NCBI GenBank assembly: GCA_021399345.1
Contig: JAAFKI010000022.1
Location: 1 to 50,608, forward strand
DNA: 50,608 nucleotides
Direction: 5' to 3'
DNA from: Candidatus Heimdallarchaeota archaeon
GTDB lineage: Archaea; Asgardarchaeota; Heimdallarchaeia; Heimdallarchaeales; Heimdallarchaeaceae
Shown: positions 1 through 9,025 of the stretch, in pieces
Position numbering within the stretch: position 1 is the stretch's first letter
How the letters are laid out: every line of letters begins with the position of its first letter
Position numbers and translations under genes: made by a program
The notes under the pieces: generated by a model
Told to the model about the DNA's origin: nothing
The model's database searches: none
The model's input: only the letters and a program-made list of their open reading frames with translations

Positions 1-1095
1 GACAAACCTGACAAGCCTTTGTTTTCAGGAGATGATTTCAAATTTAATTTCGATTTTGATTGGGACTCTGATGAGTTCAAAGATAAAATGAAAACTATTA
101 TGAAGAAAGTTGAGAAGGCTTCAGAAGAGGGAATGAAAACAGCTAAGAAGGTTTCAGAAAAAATATCAAAAGATATGCATAAATTTTTGGAGAAAGAAAC
201 TGAAAAAATTACTAGAGCTGTAGAACTATCGGATGAAGATTATGCAGATATGAAACACGATGTTGACGAAGCACGAACAAGTATTGCTGAATCTCAACGA
301 GAAGTTGATGAATCTCGAAAAGGTGTTGATGAAGCTAGAAGAGGTGTTTCTTCAATCCAACGTCGTTTAGAACATGCTTACAAAGATAATGATATCAATA
401 AACAAGTAGAAACTGAGAGAGAACTCAATGAAGCAGAAAAAGAACTTATGGGTTCCATGACTCATTTGAGTAGAACACGATCAGAGCTTGCTCAAACTAG
501 AAGAGAATTTGCTAGACTTCAAAGAAGAGCAGGTAAGATACGTGCTGCTCAAAAAAGAGGTCATGGTCCTAGAGTTATCATAGGATCCAAAGATTATGAT
601 TCGGAGGGTACTATAACAGAGTATGTAGCCAAAGTTGTTAACTCTGTTGGAAAGAATTTGGAATCATCTCTCCGTTCAGCTGTTGGTGAAGGAAAAAAGG
701 GTGTTAGAAAAGTTTTAAGCATTGGAGACAAAGCAAACGATATAGATCTGATTCACTCTAACGGGAAAGTAGACATTGATGCACTTGAGAAGTTTTACGA
801 AAATGCATCAGAATTACTCTCTGCTTTAGGCGACAAGAACCGACTTAAGTTATTGAAGATTCTAGAAGATTCGCCCCAATATCAAAAGGAACTTTCTGAA
901 GATACAGGATTACGTGGAGGTACTTTCAAACACCACACAGACATCCTGCAAGATGAAGGGTTCATTACTCGTGAAGCTATTAGAGGACGTTATTTAATTA
1001 CTCAACTGGGAATCGAGGCTCTTAAACTTGCAGAGATGATTTATCTTCGTGAAAAGCAATTAGAAGAAGAAATTGACATAGATATTGAGGATTAG
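1..1095 (+). CDS. Coiled-coil protein with C-terminal ArsR-like winged helix-turn-helix (probably 5'-partial)
   Basis: Frame is open from base 1. Long E/R/K heptad region; C-terminal LSALGDKNRLKLLKILE...KELSEDTGLRGGTFKHHTDILQDEGFI...GRYLITQLG matches the ArsR/wHTH pattern. Confidence 0.7.
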   Translation, partial: DKPDKPLFSGDDFKFNFDFDWDSDEFKDKMKTIMKKVEKASEEGMKTAKKVSEKISKDMHKFLEKETEKITRAVELSDEDYADMKHDVDEARTSIAESQREVDESRKGVDEARRGVSSIQRRLEHAYKDNDINKQVETERELNEAEKELMGSMTHLSRTRSELAQTRREFARLQRRAGKIRAAQKRGHGPRVIIGSKDYDSEGTITEYVAKVVNSVGKNLESSLRSAVGEGKKGVRKVLSIGDKANDIDLIHSNGKVDIDALEKFYENASELLSALGDKNRLKLLKILEDSPQYQKELSEDTGLRGGTFKHHTDILQDEGFITREAIRGRYLITQLGIEALKLAEMIYLREKQLEEEIDIDIED

Positions 1096-1114
1096 GAAAT
1101 TAGGAGGAACTTAG

Positions 1115-1786
1115 ATGAGACTGAACATTAAAAACCGACCTTTGAAAATAACCCACAGCTTTGAATATACTTTCAATAACAAACAAGTTAAAATTTCCTT
1201 ATCTAAAAACACAATCCTTCTTCCAGTTTTCGATGAGAAGAAAAACAGACAAATAGGGTTCCTACTTGAAGGACCCATTGGAATTATCGCTGATTTACTT
1301 GTTCATTCACATGAAGGAGCAGTAGGAGAAATTGTTGAAGAAACATATTCGAATGTGCTCCTCTTTCCTGTCAAACTACCTTTTCTTAGTCCAGACCATG
1401 TAAAAGAAATTCAACCGTTGGAAGATATTTCCCCTCATGAGGAGATAATTAAAAAATATAGAGTTCAACTTGTTCATGAAGAATATATCTCCTACGAAGA
1501 AAGAGAGGGTATAATGATCCAAACCTACAAGCCTAGTTCTCTTTGGTTCATATCACAAGATTCTACTTTTCTAATAGATACAGAGGAAATAATAGGACGA
1601 AGAGGGGAAAAAAAGTTGTTTTGGCTAGTAAAGGATTCTTTTACTACAGTAAGCAATAAGGGATTAGTAAAGTCAACCAAGGATTTATTTTCTGTAAGTA
1701 AAGTTCAAAAGACTGTTCACAGAATTCTAGATACCCCCCTTGCATCAATCTTCTCTCGATTTAGTGAGATTTTTGCATCCATCTAG
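1115..1786 (+). CDS. Hypothetical protein
   Basis: 223-aa ORF with AGGAGG RBS, directly downstream of the regulator and followed by a T-run. No motif recognised. Confidence 0.7.
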   Translation: MRLNIKNRPLKITHSFEYTFNNKQVKISLSKNTILLPVFDEKKNRQIGFLLEGPIGIIADLLVHSHEGAVGEIVEETYSNVLLFPVKLPFLSPDHVKEIQPLEDISPHEEIIKKYRVQLVHEEYISYEEREGIMIQTYKPSSLWFISQDSTFLIDTEEIIGRRGEKKLFWLVKDSFTTVSNKGLVKSTKDLFSVSKVQKTVHRILDTPLASIFSRFSEIFASI

Positions 1787-1816
1787 ATTTCTTTTTTTTT
1801 TACTCACTGTTTTTTT

Positions 1817-2791
1817 CTATTTTTCTAATTTGCTTCGAATAATTTTAGCAATCTGTTTTGAGATGATAGGAGGAACGGCTTCTCCAATCTGGTTAAACAT
1901 TGCCTCAACAGAACCTGTAAAAATAAAACTATCAGGAAAACTCATCAATCTAGCTTGCTCTCTCACAGATAAGGGCCTATCCTCAAGAGGATGGATAAAC
2001 CTCGATTTACCCATTACTGTTGGAGCCAAATCTTTTTCATCCAACTTAGTCCAATTTCTGTTTTCCCGTGATGCCCCCTTGAAGTAAACAGCTGCATGTC
2101 CTTTTCGAATCCCAATTCCTTCATTCTTCACCTGTTTTGCAAAAGGAATTCTAAAATGATTAGGGACATCATTTGGATAAGAAGGTGAAGGTAAATCTAG
2201 CATAACCTCTTCAACTTTTTTCTTTCTCTGAGAAACCATTTCCAGATAAACATTTGATATGAATACTCTATTCCGATAACTTGGGCAGCCATGCTTTTCA
2301 GAAGAGAGGAAGTTGAAATGTATCTTGTTATACCCTATGGATTTAAATTCCTCTTTGATAATTTCTTTGCCTTCTGAATCTACTATTGGAACCACATTTT
2401 CGATTACAAAATAACTTGGGGAAAGGTCACCAATAATTCTTGTTGCATGAAAAATCAAATCCCCTTGAGGTGTGTCATAAAAGCGCTCTAAGGGAGACTT
2501 TCTTCTTTTGGGATTAGCAGCTGTAAAGGGTTCACAAGGAGGAGAAGCTAAAACAACGTCAACTGAATCTTTCACTTCCTCAATTATTTCTAAACCGTGA
2601 ACTGTACGAATATCTCTAACCCAAACCTTCGAATTCGGAAAGTTATGTTTATATGTTTGGGCTGCTTTTTCATCAATTTCTATCGCCAATTTATCTTCAA
2701 AACCTTCCTGAACAAAACCTAAGCTGAACCCCCCTGATCCTGAAAAAAGATCTATAAATGAGAATTGTTTCTTTTCTGAATTAAGAGCCAT
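1817..2791 (-). CDS. C5-cytosine methyltransferase (Dcm/Dnmt2 superfamily), orphan
   Basis: Motif I DLFSGSGG, catalytic motif IV SPPCEPF, motif VI ENV, motif VIII RNR, motifs IX-X REQARLMSFPDSF...QIGEAVPP. Confidence 0.9.
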   Translation of the reverse strand: MALNSEKKQFSFIDLFSGSGGFSLGFVQEGFEDKLAIEIDEKAAQTYKHNFPNSKVWVRDIRTVHGLEIIEEVKDSVDVVLASPPCEPFTAANPKRRKSPLERFYDTPQGDLIFHATRIIGDLSPSYFVIENVVPIVDSEGKEIIKEEFKSIGYNKIHFNFLSSEKHGCPSYRNRVFISNVYLEMVSQRKKKVEEVMLDLPSPSYPNDVPNHFRIPFAKQVKNEGIGIRKGHAAVYFKGASRENRNWTKLDEKDLAPTVMGKSRFIHPLEDRPLSVREQARLMSFPDSFIFTGSVEAMFNQIGEAVPPIISKQIAKIIRSKLEK

Positions 2792-2814
2792 TTTTGCAGC
2801 ACAACTTCTAGAAT

Positions 2815-2892
2815 TGGTGGGGCAGCGCGGACTTGAACCGCGGATTTTCTCGGTGTGAGCGAGACATCATAACCAGGCTAGATCACTGCCCC
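2815..2892 (-). tRNA. tRNA-Val(CAC), CCA encoded
   Basis: Reverse complement GGGGCAG...TCTCG-CTCACAC-CGAGA...GGTTCAAGTCC...CTGCCCC-ACCA forms a complete cloverleaf. Confidence 0.95.
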
Positions 2893-2956
2893 TAGTTATT
2901 AGTTGATTAATTAGTAATTATTTATTTATTCTGATTGCTTCTTAAAACAGATATAA

Positions 2957-3177
2957 TGCCCCCGAGGTTAACTCTAAACATCATTTTAAGGGATTCACCC
3001 ACATCAGTTAGCTGAGCGCCTCAGGAGCAACTGTTGTCTACCAGGGTTGACCGTGTTTCACAGTGTAGAATGTCTCACTCTACTCAACAGGAGCCCGTAT
3101 GGTAGCCTATTGCCTTTTAATTGCGCTTTCTTTCCTTGTTGGCTAATGCCATCTCTAGAAAGTCCTCGATAAAGGCA
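2957..3177 (-). ncRNA. Unidentified structured non-coding RNA (about 220 nt, rod with Y-shaped tip)
   Basis: GC-richer island in AT-rich intergenic DNA. Nested complementary segments pair end to end, with G-U pairs favouring the minus strand. Two terminal hairpins carry UGAGACA and UGAAACA loops. Confidence 0.65.
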
Positions 3178-3245
3178 GTTGTACATTATTTCAATAAGTA
3201 TTGAAGTTTTTTGTCTTATACAAAAGAAAAATAAGAAAAATTAAG

Positions 3246-4319
3246 TCAAAGACTTTTCACTTCTTCAACTAAATCTTGATGTTTATCGAAATATTCTATT
3301 GAAGGTTTTAGAATATCATTCAACATTTTAGCTAAGCTCATTTTAAGATCTAATGGGTGAATAGCTCCTTCTAAATAACTTTCCTTAAAGGATTCATATG
3401 AGTTGTATATAAGATCTCCACCAAATTTTTCGTCTCTTTCAATTTTGAATTGATTAAACATATCAAAGACAATGAATTGAACCATTTCTGTAATGGGGTT
3501 TCCTGCAACTTGTTTAGGTGGACACTGAGCTTTTTTGATTTTCCTTACAACTTCCTCTTCACTATCATGTATGAAGATACAGGTATCAGGTTTGGATTTA
3601 CTCATCTTAGCATCTATCTGATCTGCAAGATCTGGAACAGAATCCGCATCCATCTTCTTTCCTATCCCTTGTAATCCTGTTAATAGGGGTGTATGAATAC
3701 AGCTTGGTTTTGTTCTTCCAAGCTTTTCAGCGGTATCACGAGCTAGCATGTGAGCTTTTCTTTGGTCCATTCCTCCATATGCTAAGTCTATTTCCATATC
3801 ATAGATATCAGCTACTTGCATAGCTGGATAATAGATAAAACCAGATTCTATTTCACCTTCAGCTTTTCTTCCCATCACAGGAAGTGTTCTAAGAACTCTA
3901 GTAAGGGTATTAGCTTTCGCAACTCTGATAACTTTTTCCCAGTAAGTAATTTTTTCAGCTAGTTCTGAAGCCCAAATATATTTGACGTTTGGCCCTTTTA
4001 CACCAAGTGATTCAAAGGCTTTCTTAAAATATTCTCCTGCAAGTTGAATCTTCTCCATATCGGCTCCCAGTTTGTTATTAATCCAACTGTGCCAATCAGC
4101 CAAGAAAATAATTACTTCGAAACCTGCTTTCATCAAATCTTTGATTTTATTACCACAAATAATACCTGTTCCTAGATGAACGAGACCAGAAAGTTCGTAT
4201 CCAATATAAGCTCTTGGTTTTTCTTTTTCTTCCAAAATCTTTCTAATTTCTTCCTCAAGGATAACTTCTTCAGTATTTTTTGTAACTAGTTTTATTCTTT
4301 CTTCAATAGACATTGACAC
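3246..4319 (-). CDS. tyrS: Tyrosine--tRNA ligase (archaeal/eukaryotic type)
   Basis: YIGYELSGLVHLG (HIGH-like), ADWHS, YPAMQVADI, GGMDQRKAH, KMSKS, IHPLDLK. Confidence 0.95.
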   Translation of the reverse strand: MSMSIEERIKLVTKNTEEVILEEEIRKILEEKEKPRAYIGYELSGLVHLGTGIICGNKIKDLMKAGFEVIIFLADWHSWINNKLGADMEKIQLAGEYFKKAFESLGVKGPNVKYIWASELAEKITYWEKVIRVAKANTLTRVLRTLPVMGRKAEGEIESGFIYYPAMQVADIYDMEIDLAYGGMDQRKAHMLARDTAEKLGRTKPSCIHTPLLTGLQGIGKKMDADSVPDLADQIDAKMSKSKPDTCIFIHDSEEEVVRKIKKAQCPPKQVAGNPITEMVQFIVFDMFNQFKIERDEKFGGDLIYNSYESFKESYLEGAIHPLDLKMSLAKMLNDILKPSIEYFDKHQDLVEEVKSL

Positions 4320-4483
4320 TCACCAAAACTATTAGCGTATTTATTGAGAACATCTGCCCTAACGTAATTCTATTTAAAAAACTCTTGGTTTGAGTTAAAG
4401 ATATTCCAAGAACATCGTCTCATTTCTGAATTGTTTTTCAAACTCATAAACCTTATGTCAAAAAATAAAAAAAGAAGGAAGAA

Positions 4484-6064
4484 TTAAATTTGTTTAAATT
4501 CAATTATCTTCAAACTAGTTGGTTTTTTAGAAATTTCTCCTTTTCTTGCCCCAATTACAGTTTTAATTCCTTTTCCATCAGAACGGTCTATTAGTCTTTG
4601 AGTTATTATACCATCAATAACAAGAGTACTACCTTTTTCGATTTTTTCTAAGGATTCAAATATTTTTGCTGCTGAGCTTCTGAGAATTTCTTTCTGTTTT
4701 TCATCAAAAACAATGGCTTCCAGTTTTGTTTTAACTTCTTTAACTGCATTTGTTAAGTATTCAGGCAGCTCAACTTTTCGTATTTCTCTCCTAGGAGGAC
4801 GTTGACTAGTTGTCGGTCGATCACGATCATATGTTCGAGTACTAGGACGAGAACCAGATCGGGAACTAGGACGAGAACTAGGACGAGAACCAGATTGGGA
4901 ACTAGGACGAGAACTAGGACGAGAACTAGGACGAGTTCCAGAACGAGAATCATATCGAGTACGTGTTGATGCCTGCGATGGTCTTCTTGTTGTTGAAGTT
5001 GGTCTAGTGGTAGAAGGTTTTCGAGTAACTTTTTGCTCAATATCTTTTACAACTTTGGTATCTTTTCTAACGGTTTCAGTTTTTGCAGTTTTAGCTGGAG
5101 TTACCTTTTTAGTTGTAGGTTTTGGTTTCTTTACTTCAGTTTCTCTTTTGGACAATGAAAACTTCTTTAGTCTCTTTTTCTGAGGTTTTGATTTATCAAG
5201 AAACTCTTTAACTGTAACATCAGCATCTCTCCCAGTTAAGAAAACTGCTTTTTCTAATGGAACAGCTTCTTTCAAGGATTTCTTAGTTTCCGCTTCATTG
5301 AGGTCCTCGACTTCCTTTCCTTTTGGAGCTCGAGCTACAAATTCAACATGGGACACTTGGAGTAATTCTTTTAGAATTAAATCTCCACCTCTGTCACCAT
5401 CTAGAAAAGCAGTAACTGTTTTTTTTGCAATTAAATCAATTAATTGAGGAGGTATGCTTGTCCCGTTAACTGCTACTGTGTTATCAACACCAAATTTTAG
5501 AAGATTTATAACATCGGCTCTACCTTCAACAAGAATTGTTTTTTTCTGTTTTTCAAATCCAGGTCCAGCAGAAAACCCTTCATCTCCAAGACTAACAACT
5601 TGACTTGATTTTGAAGATTTTTTGATTCCCATGCTAATTGATGATGAAAAAGGACTAACATTTTGATCCCATTCACGAATGATTTCAGAAGCACGATCAA
5701 CAATAGTTTGACGCTTACTGACTCTTACATCAATGATTTCCTCTAGTTTTACACTGGAGCTGCAAGGTCCTACTCTATCAACAGTTTCGAGAGTAGCTGC
5801 TAATATTGCAGTTTCCATTCGGGATAAGCTTGATGGGATGATTATTCTCCCAGTAGTTTTTCCTTTTTTGCTACTAAGTTCAACACTAATTCTTCCAATT
5901 CTTCCAGTTTTTTGGAGTTCGCGAATATCGAGATTCTCACTCAAAAGCCCATCAGTTTGTCCATAAATCCCTCCAATTATGTCAGGCTTCTCAACGACTC
6001 CATCAATTTCAAAAGATGCTTTTATTTCATATTTTGTTGTTGAAGTATCTGTTTTTGCACCCAT
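4484..6064 (-). CDS. dnaG: Archaeal DnaG (TOPRIM primase-like, exosome-associated) with low-complexity insertion
   Basis: GVVEKPDIIGGIYGQTDGLL, ELQKTGRIGRI, VEGRADV, FLDGDRGG and C-terminal DGIITQRL. A K/T/R/S/P-rich insert precedes the C-terminal domain. Confidence 0.93.
   Translation of the reverse strand: MGAKTDTSTTKYEIKASFEIDGVVEKPDIIGGIYGQTDGLLSENLDIRELQKTGRIGRISVELSSKKGKTTGRIIIPSSLSRMETAILAATLETVDRVGPCSSSVKLEEIIDVRVSKRQTIVDRASEIIREWDQNVSPFSSSISMGIKKSSKSSQVVSLGDEGFSAGPGFEKQKKTILVEGRADVINLLKFGVDNTVAVNGTSIPPQLIDLIAKKTVTAFLDGDRGGDLILKELLQVSHVEFVARAPKGKEVEDLNEAETKKSLKEAVPLEKAVFLTGRDADVTVKEFLDKSKPQKKRLKKFSLSKRETEVKKPKPTTKKVTPAKTAKTETVRKDTKVVKDIEQKVTRKPSTTRPTSTTRRPSQASTRTRYDSRSGTRPSSRPSSRPSSQSGSRPSSRPSSRSGSRPSTRTYDRDRPTTSQRPPRREIRKVELPEYLTNAVKEVKTKLEAIVFDEKQKEILRSSAAKIFESLEKIEKGSTLVIDGIITQRLIDRSDGKGIKTVIGARKGEISKKPTSLKIIEFKQI
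4839..4949. repeat. 12-bp tandem repeat (GAACTAGGACGA and variants) encoding SRPS/SGSR units in DnaG
   Basis: About six copies of ACTAGGACGA interspersed with GAACCAGATCGG and GAACCAGATTGG variant units, all in frame. Confidence 0.9.
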
Positions 6065-6521
6065 TTAATTTCACCTATTATTTTACTTTGTTGCATAGTT
6101 GCATAAGATTACAAGAAAAAAGATGGATTCTTACTGTCCCTTACCCTACTACCGTTATTTCTCAAACTCATTGAGAGTATTTTTCCGACGCATGTAATAC
6201 ACTTTTGTGTGATAATGATATGACTTAGAAGTCATTTAATATTATGATCATGATAGGATGTGTGAGTTTTAATCCATCCAAGTTTTCTTGCAAACTTGAA
6301 CTCACATTATTATTGCAGGCGTATTTTTTACCTGTAATTTCTAAATGCTGAACTATTCGTTCTTCAGTTCAAGTAAACATAAAAGTGTTAGAATTAAAAA
6401 AGTTCCCATATAACACAAACTTTCTACATAGAACTTTCTGGAGTTGAATCATAAGCAAGGTTGCGAAGATATTTTTGCTTAAGTTTAAATAAGTACAAAT
6501 GTAGTCATATAATGTAGAAAA

Positions 6522-6968
6522 ATGAACTTGGGATTAAATATTGGATTGGGAGTAGGATTTGGGTGCTTGCTCATATTAGTTATTGTAGTCATTTTACTAA
6601 AGAGTAAGAAGAAGGAAAAGAATCCCCTGATTTCTAGATCTAAAGATACCATTGTTATGATTAATCAAAGAATTTTATCAATAAATTCTCGAATACAGAA
6701 GTTTGATGAAGAAATTACTAAATTAGTAGCAGCCAAGGAAGAAGGACACATTTCTCTTTCTGATAATAGTATTTCATTTGATGACATACCTCATGAAATT
6801 GAAACCAAAAAAATTTCTATTAATGGATATATTGCTGATATTAAAGACCTTGAGGACTACAAGAGAGAAATAGAAGAAATATTGTTGAAAAAAGACGAAA
6901 ATAAATGGAACGAATTAGAAGCTCTTCTGAGTCAAACAAAAGAGAAAATGAAATATAGATTCATTTAG
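6522..6968 (+). CDS. Hypothetical single-pass membrane protein with coiled coil
   Basis: N-terminal hydrophobic helix followed by KSKKKEK, then heptad-rich soluble part. Confidence 0.7.
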   Translation: MNLGLNIGLGVGFGCLLILVIVVILLKSKKKEKNPLISRSKDTIVMINQRILSINSRIQKFDEEITKLVAAKEEGHISLSDNSISFDDIPHEIETKKISINGYIADIKDLEDYKREIEEILLKKDENKWNELEALLSQTKEKMKYRFI

Positions 6969-7070
6969 TAATAATCTTTAAACTAGAAATAAAAGTAGCT
7001 TTTGCGAGTAATAGAAATGCTTTTATTCGAATGTTAGGAGCAAAGAACAGAATAATTGAGGTGGGCCTTA

Positions 7071-7229
7071 ATGCCAGTTACAAATCCGGAATACAGAGCT
7101 ATCGCACGAGCACATATTATGGAGAAAAAAGTTTGTCGAAAGTGTTATGCAACCAACCCTGTAAACGCTACAAAATGCCGTAAATGCAGGTCAAAAGAGC
7201 TCAGAATGAAAAGATCCAATAAGAAATAG
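7071..7229 (+). CDS. rpl40e: 50S ribosomal protein eL40 (L40e); missing from the supplied ORF track
   Basis: MPVTNPEYRAIARAHIMEKKVCRKCYATNPVNATKCRKCRSKELRMKRSNKK with CRKC..NP..A.KCRKC zinc ribbon; GAGGTG RBS upstream. Confidence 0.93.
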   Translation: MPVTNPEYRAIARAHIMEKKVCRKCYATNPVNATKCRKCRSKELRMKRSNKK

Positions 7230-7366
7230 ATACAATTCAGGCACTCAATTCTGTAATAAAAGTCCATACTGTGTTGTCATAAGATTTAAATGCAATTTAT
7301 AATCTCTGTAGATAAATCAAGTACAAAAAGTAGGAAACACTTTGATTCATTTAATGTGATATACTA

Positions 7367-8266
7367 ATGAGCACCGAAAGCGAAGAAATTAGCCTTGATG
7401 AAAAGAGAACAAATCTTACTTCTCTTAGACGAAAACGAAAAGAGCTAATTGACAAACTTCATGAGCTGAACAATAAACGAAATGAATTGCGCAGTCAGAG
7501 AGACAAAAATAACAAATTAGCTAGAGAACTCTTTGATGAAGCTCGCACATCAAAAGAGAAGAGAGATCAGATCAATGAAGAAGTCCAAGTTCGTAAGCAA
7601 ATGCGAGATATTTTACGTGAAGATGCTGATAAAATTGGGAAAAGAATTGTAGAATTAGGCTCCCAAATGAAAAATATAAGTGTCCCTAAAAACAGACGTG
7701 TGGGCGATAGAATTCGCAAACTTGAAAGACAACTTGAAACAACACCATTTTTAACAAAAGAGATGGAGAAACAAACACTTACTCAACTTGAAGAGCTGAG
7801 TTCAGAGTTTGAAAAACTGGAGCAATTTAAAGATTTAAGAAGTGAGTTTCGAGATATTAAAAACAAGTTAAGACATATGCAAACTGAAATCAAAACTTAT
7901 CATACTAGTGTTACAACCTTAGCCCAAGAATCGCAAATCCATCAAGAAAAAATGATTGCAGCTACAAAAAATGCTAGGAAAGTCAAAGTTGAATCTGATG
8001 AATCTCATGCTGAAGTTATTGCTTTAAGTTCTGCTATCAGCGGAATAAGAAAAGAGCTTGATGGCTTAACAGGTGAAGTTAAGAAACTATCAAATGAACT
8101 TGGAGCTGAAATTCAAGCTGCAAGAAAAGCTAGAAAATCAGAAGTTAGGAGAGCCAGAGATCACATACTTGATACCAAAGCTGAAGAAATTTTAGTTAAG
8201 TATAAAGATGGTAACTCATTAACTTTGGATGAGTTTAAAGTTCTCATGGAGAGAGGATTAATCTAA
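7367..8266 (+). CDS. Conserved archaeal coiled-coil protein (COG1340-like)
   Basis: Fully coiled-coil; RDKNN/RDQINEEV repeats, LERQLETT, and the C-terminal KYKDGNSLTLDEF motif typical of the family. Confidence 0.75.
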   Translation: MSTESEEISLDEKRTNLTSLRRKRKELIDKLHELNNKRNELRSQRDKNNKLARELFDEARTSKEKRDQINEEVQVRKQMRDILREDADKIGKRIVELGSQMKNISVPKNRRVGDRIRKLERQLETTPFLTKEMEKQTLTQLEELSSEFEKLEQFKDLRSEFRDIKNKLRHMQTEIKTYHTSVTTLAQESQIHQEKMIAATKNARKVKVESDESHAEVIALSSAISGIRKELDGLTGEVKKLSNELGAEIQAARKARKSEVRRARDHILDTKAEEILVKYKDGNSLTLDEFKVLMERGLI

Positions 8267-8387
8267 TTTTTTACTCAGATTCTATTCTTATTAAAAATCT
8301 AGTAACTTACACAATAATACGCATTATTCACAAGTCTTAAAACAATGATATTTGACTGTAATAAAATCAATAATTGGTGTTCTCTAA

Positions 8388-8891
8388 GTGAAACTACCTA
8401 TTTGTGTTATCGATGCACAGACTAATACATTGTGTAGAAAATGTAAACAACTTTACAGAGATGGGAAAATCTCAGATATTGACATTGAAATTTCAAAGAT
8501 TATAATTGATGCATCTAAATCAAATAAAAATCTGAAAAATATCTCTTTCTACTCATCATATGAACTCTCAGATGTTGTCATGATAATAACAAGAAAACAG
8601 GATATTGATATTTTATCCTCTCCTGAAATAGTGGACAAAATAAAACAAAATACACACAAAGAAGTTCGCTTTCTTGAAAAAACAAATAATCCTAAAAAAT
8701 TAATTGAAAGCTTACTAGATCCGATTCCAATAGTCAATTTGTCAACTTTATATATTCCACCTCACAGTGATAAAGAATACAAAATTGAAATAGGAAAGCA
8801 GTTTAAGGATAAACTTCCTATACCTGAGGAAGTTATTGTCCAAACAGTTACTTCTGTTTTGGGCACAGAAGCTTACATTGAATTTGTATAA
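8388..8891 (+). CDS. Archaeal NusA-like KH-fold protein with N-terminal Cys motif
   Basis: MKLPIC..D....LCRKC N-terminus, then VRFLEK...KKLIESLLDPIP. Confidence 0.65.
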   Translation: MKLPICVIDAQTNTLCRKCKQLYRDGKISDIDIEISKIIIDASKSNKNLKNISFYSSYELSDVVMIITRKQDIDILSSPEIVDKIKQNTHKEVRFLEKTNNPKKLIESLLDPIPIVNLSTLYIPPHSDKEYKIEIGKQFKDKLPIPEEVIVQTVTSVLGTEAYIEFV

Positions 8892-9025
8892 TATGCAACA
8901 GAAAAAAAGAGTAAAATGAGAGCATTAGATGAAATTAGGATTTTTTTCCTACTTAAACAAGAAAAAATCTATTTTTGGAATATAAATCGCTAATATTTTA
9001 TACTCAAATTATATATATCATTCGC

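Noticed and set aside
1817-2892. Integrated element at tRNA-Val carrying a restriction-modification system
   Set aside because: No duplicated tRNA 3' end, integrase or recognisable nuclease seen in the window.
3088-3115. Group II intron domain V (GAGCCCGTATG)
   Set aside because: No GNRA-capped D5 stem, no D6 and no RT ORF nearby.
2957-3177. RNase P RNA (or permuted RNase P) call, from plus-strand GAAAGTCCTCG/CGAGGTTA resembling P4
   Set aside because: G-U pairs show the minus strand is the folded one, and CR-I/CR-V motifs with correct spacing are not present. Left as an unknown ncRNA.
4839-4949. CRISPR array
   Set aside because: 12-bp contiguous coding repeats without unique spacers; no cas genes and no other array seen.
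4753-5040. 95-aa Val/Leu-repeat membrane protein
   Set aside because: Alternative-frame read-out of the 12-bp repeat inside dnaG.
7071-7229. Ubiquitin-eL40 fusion as in eukaryotes
   Set aside because: Stand-alone 52-aa gene with its own RBS and no upstream ubiquitin domain.
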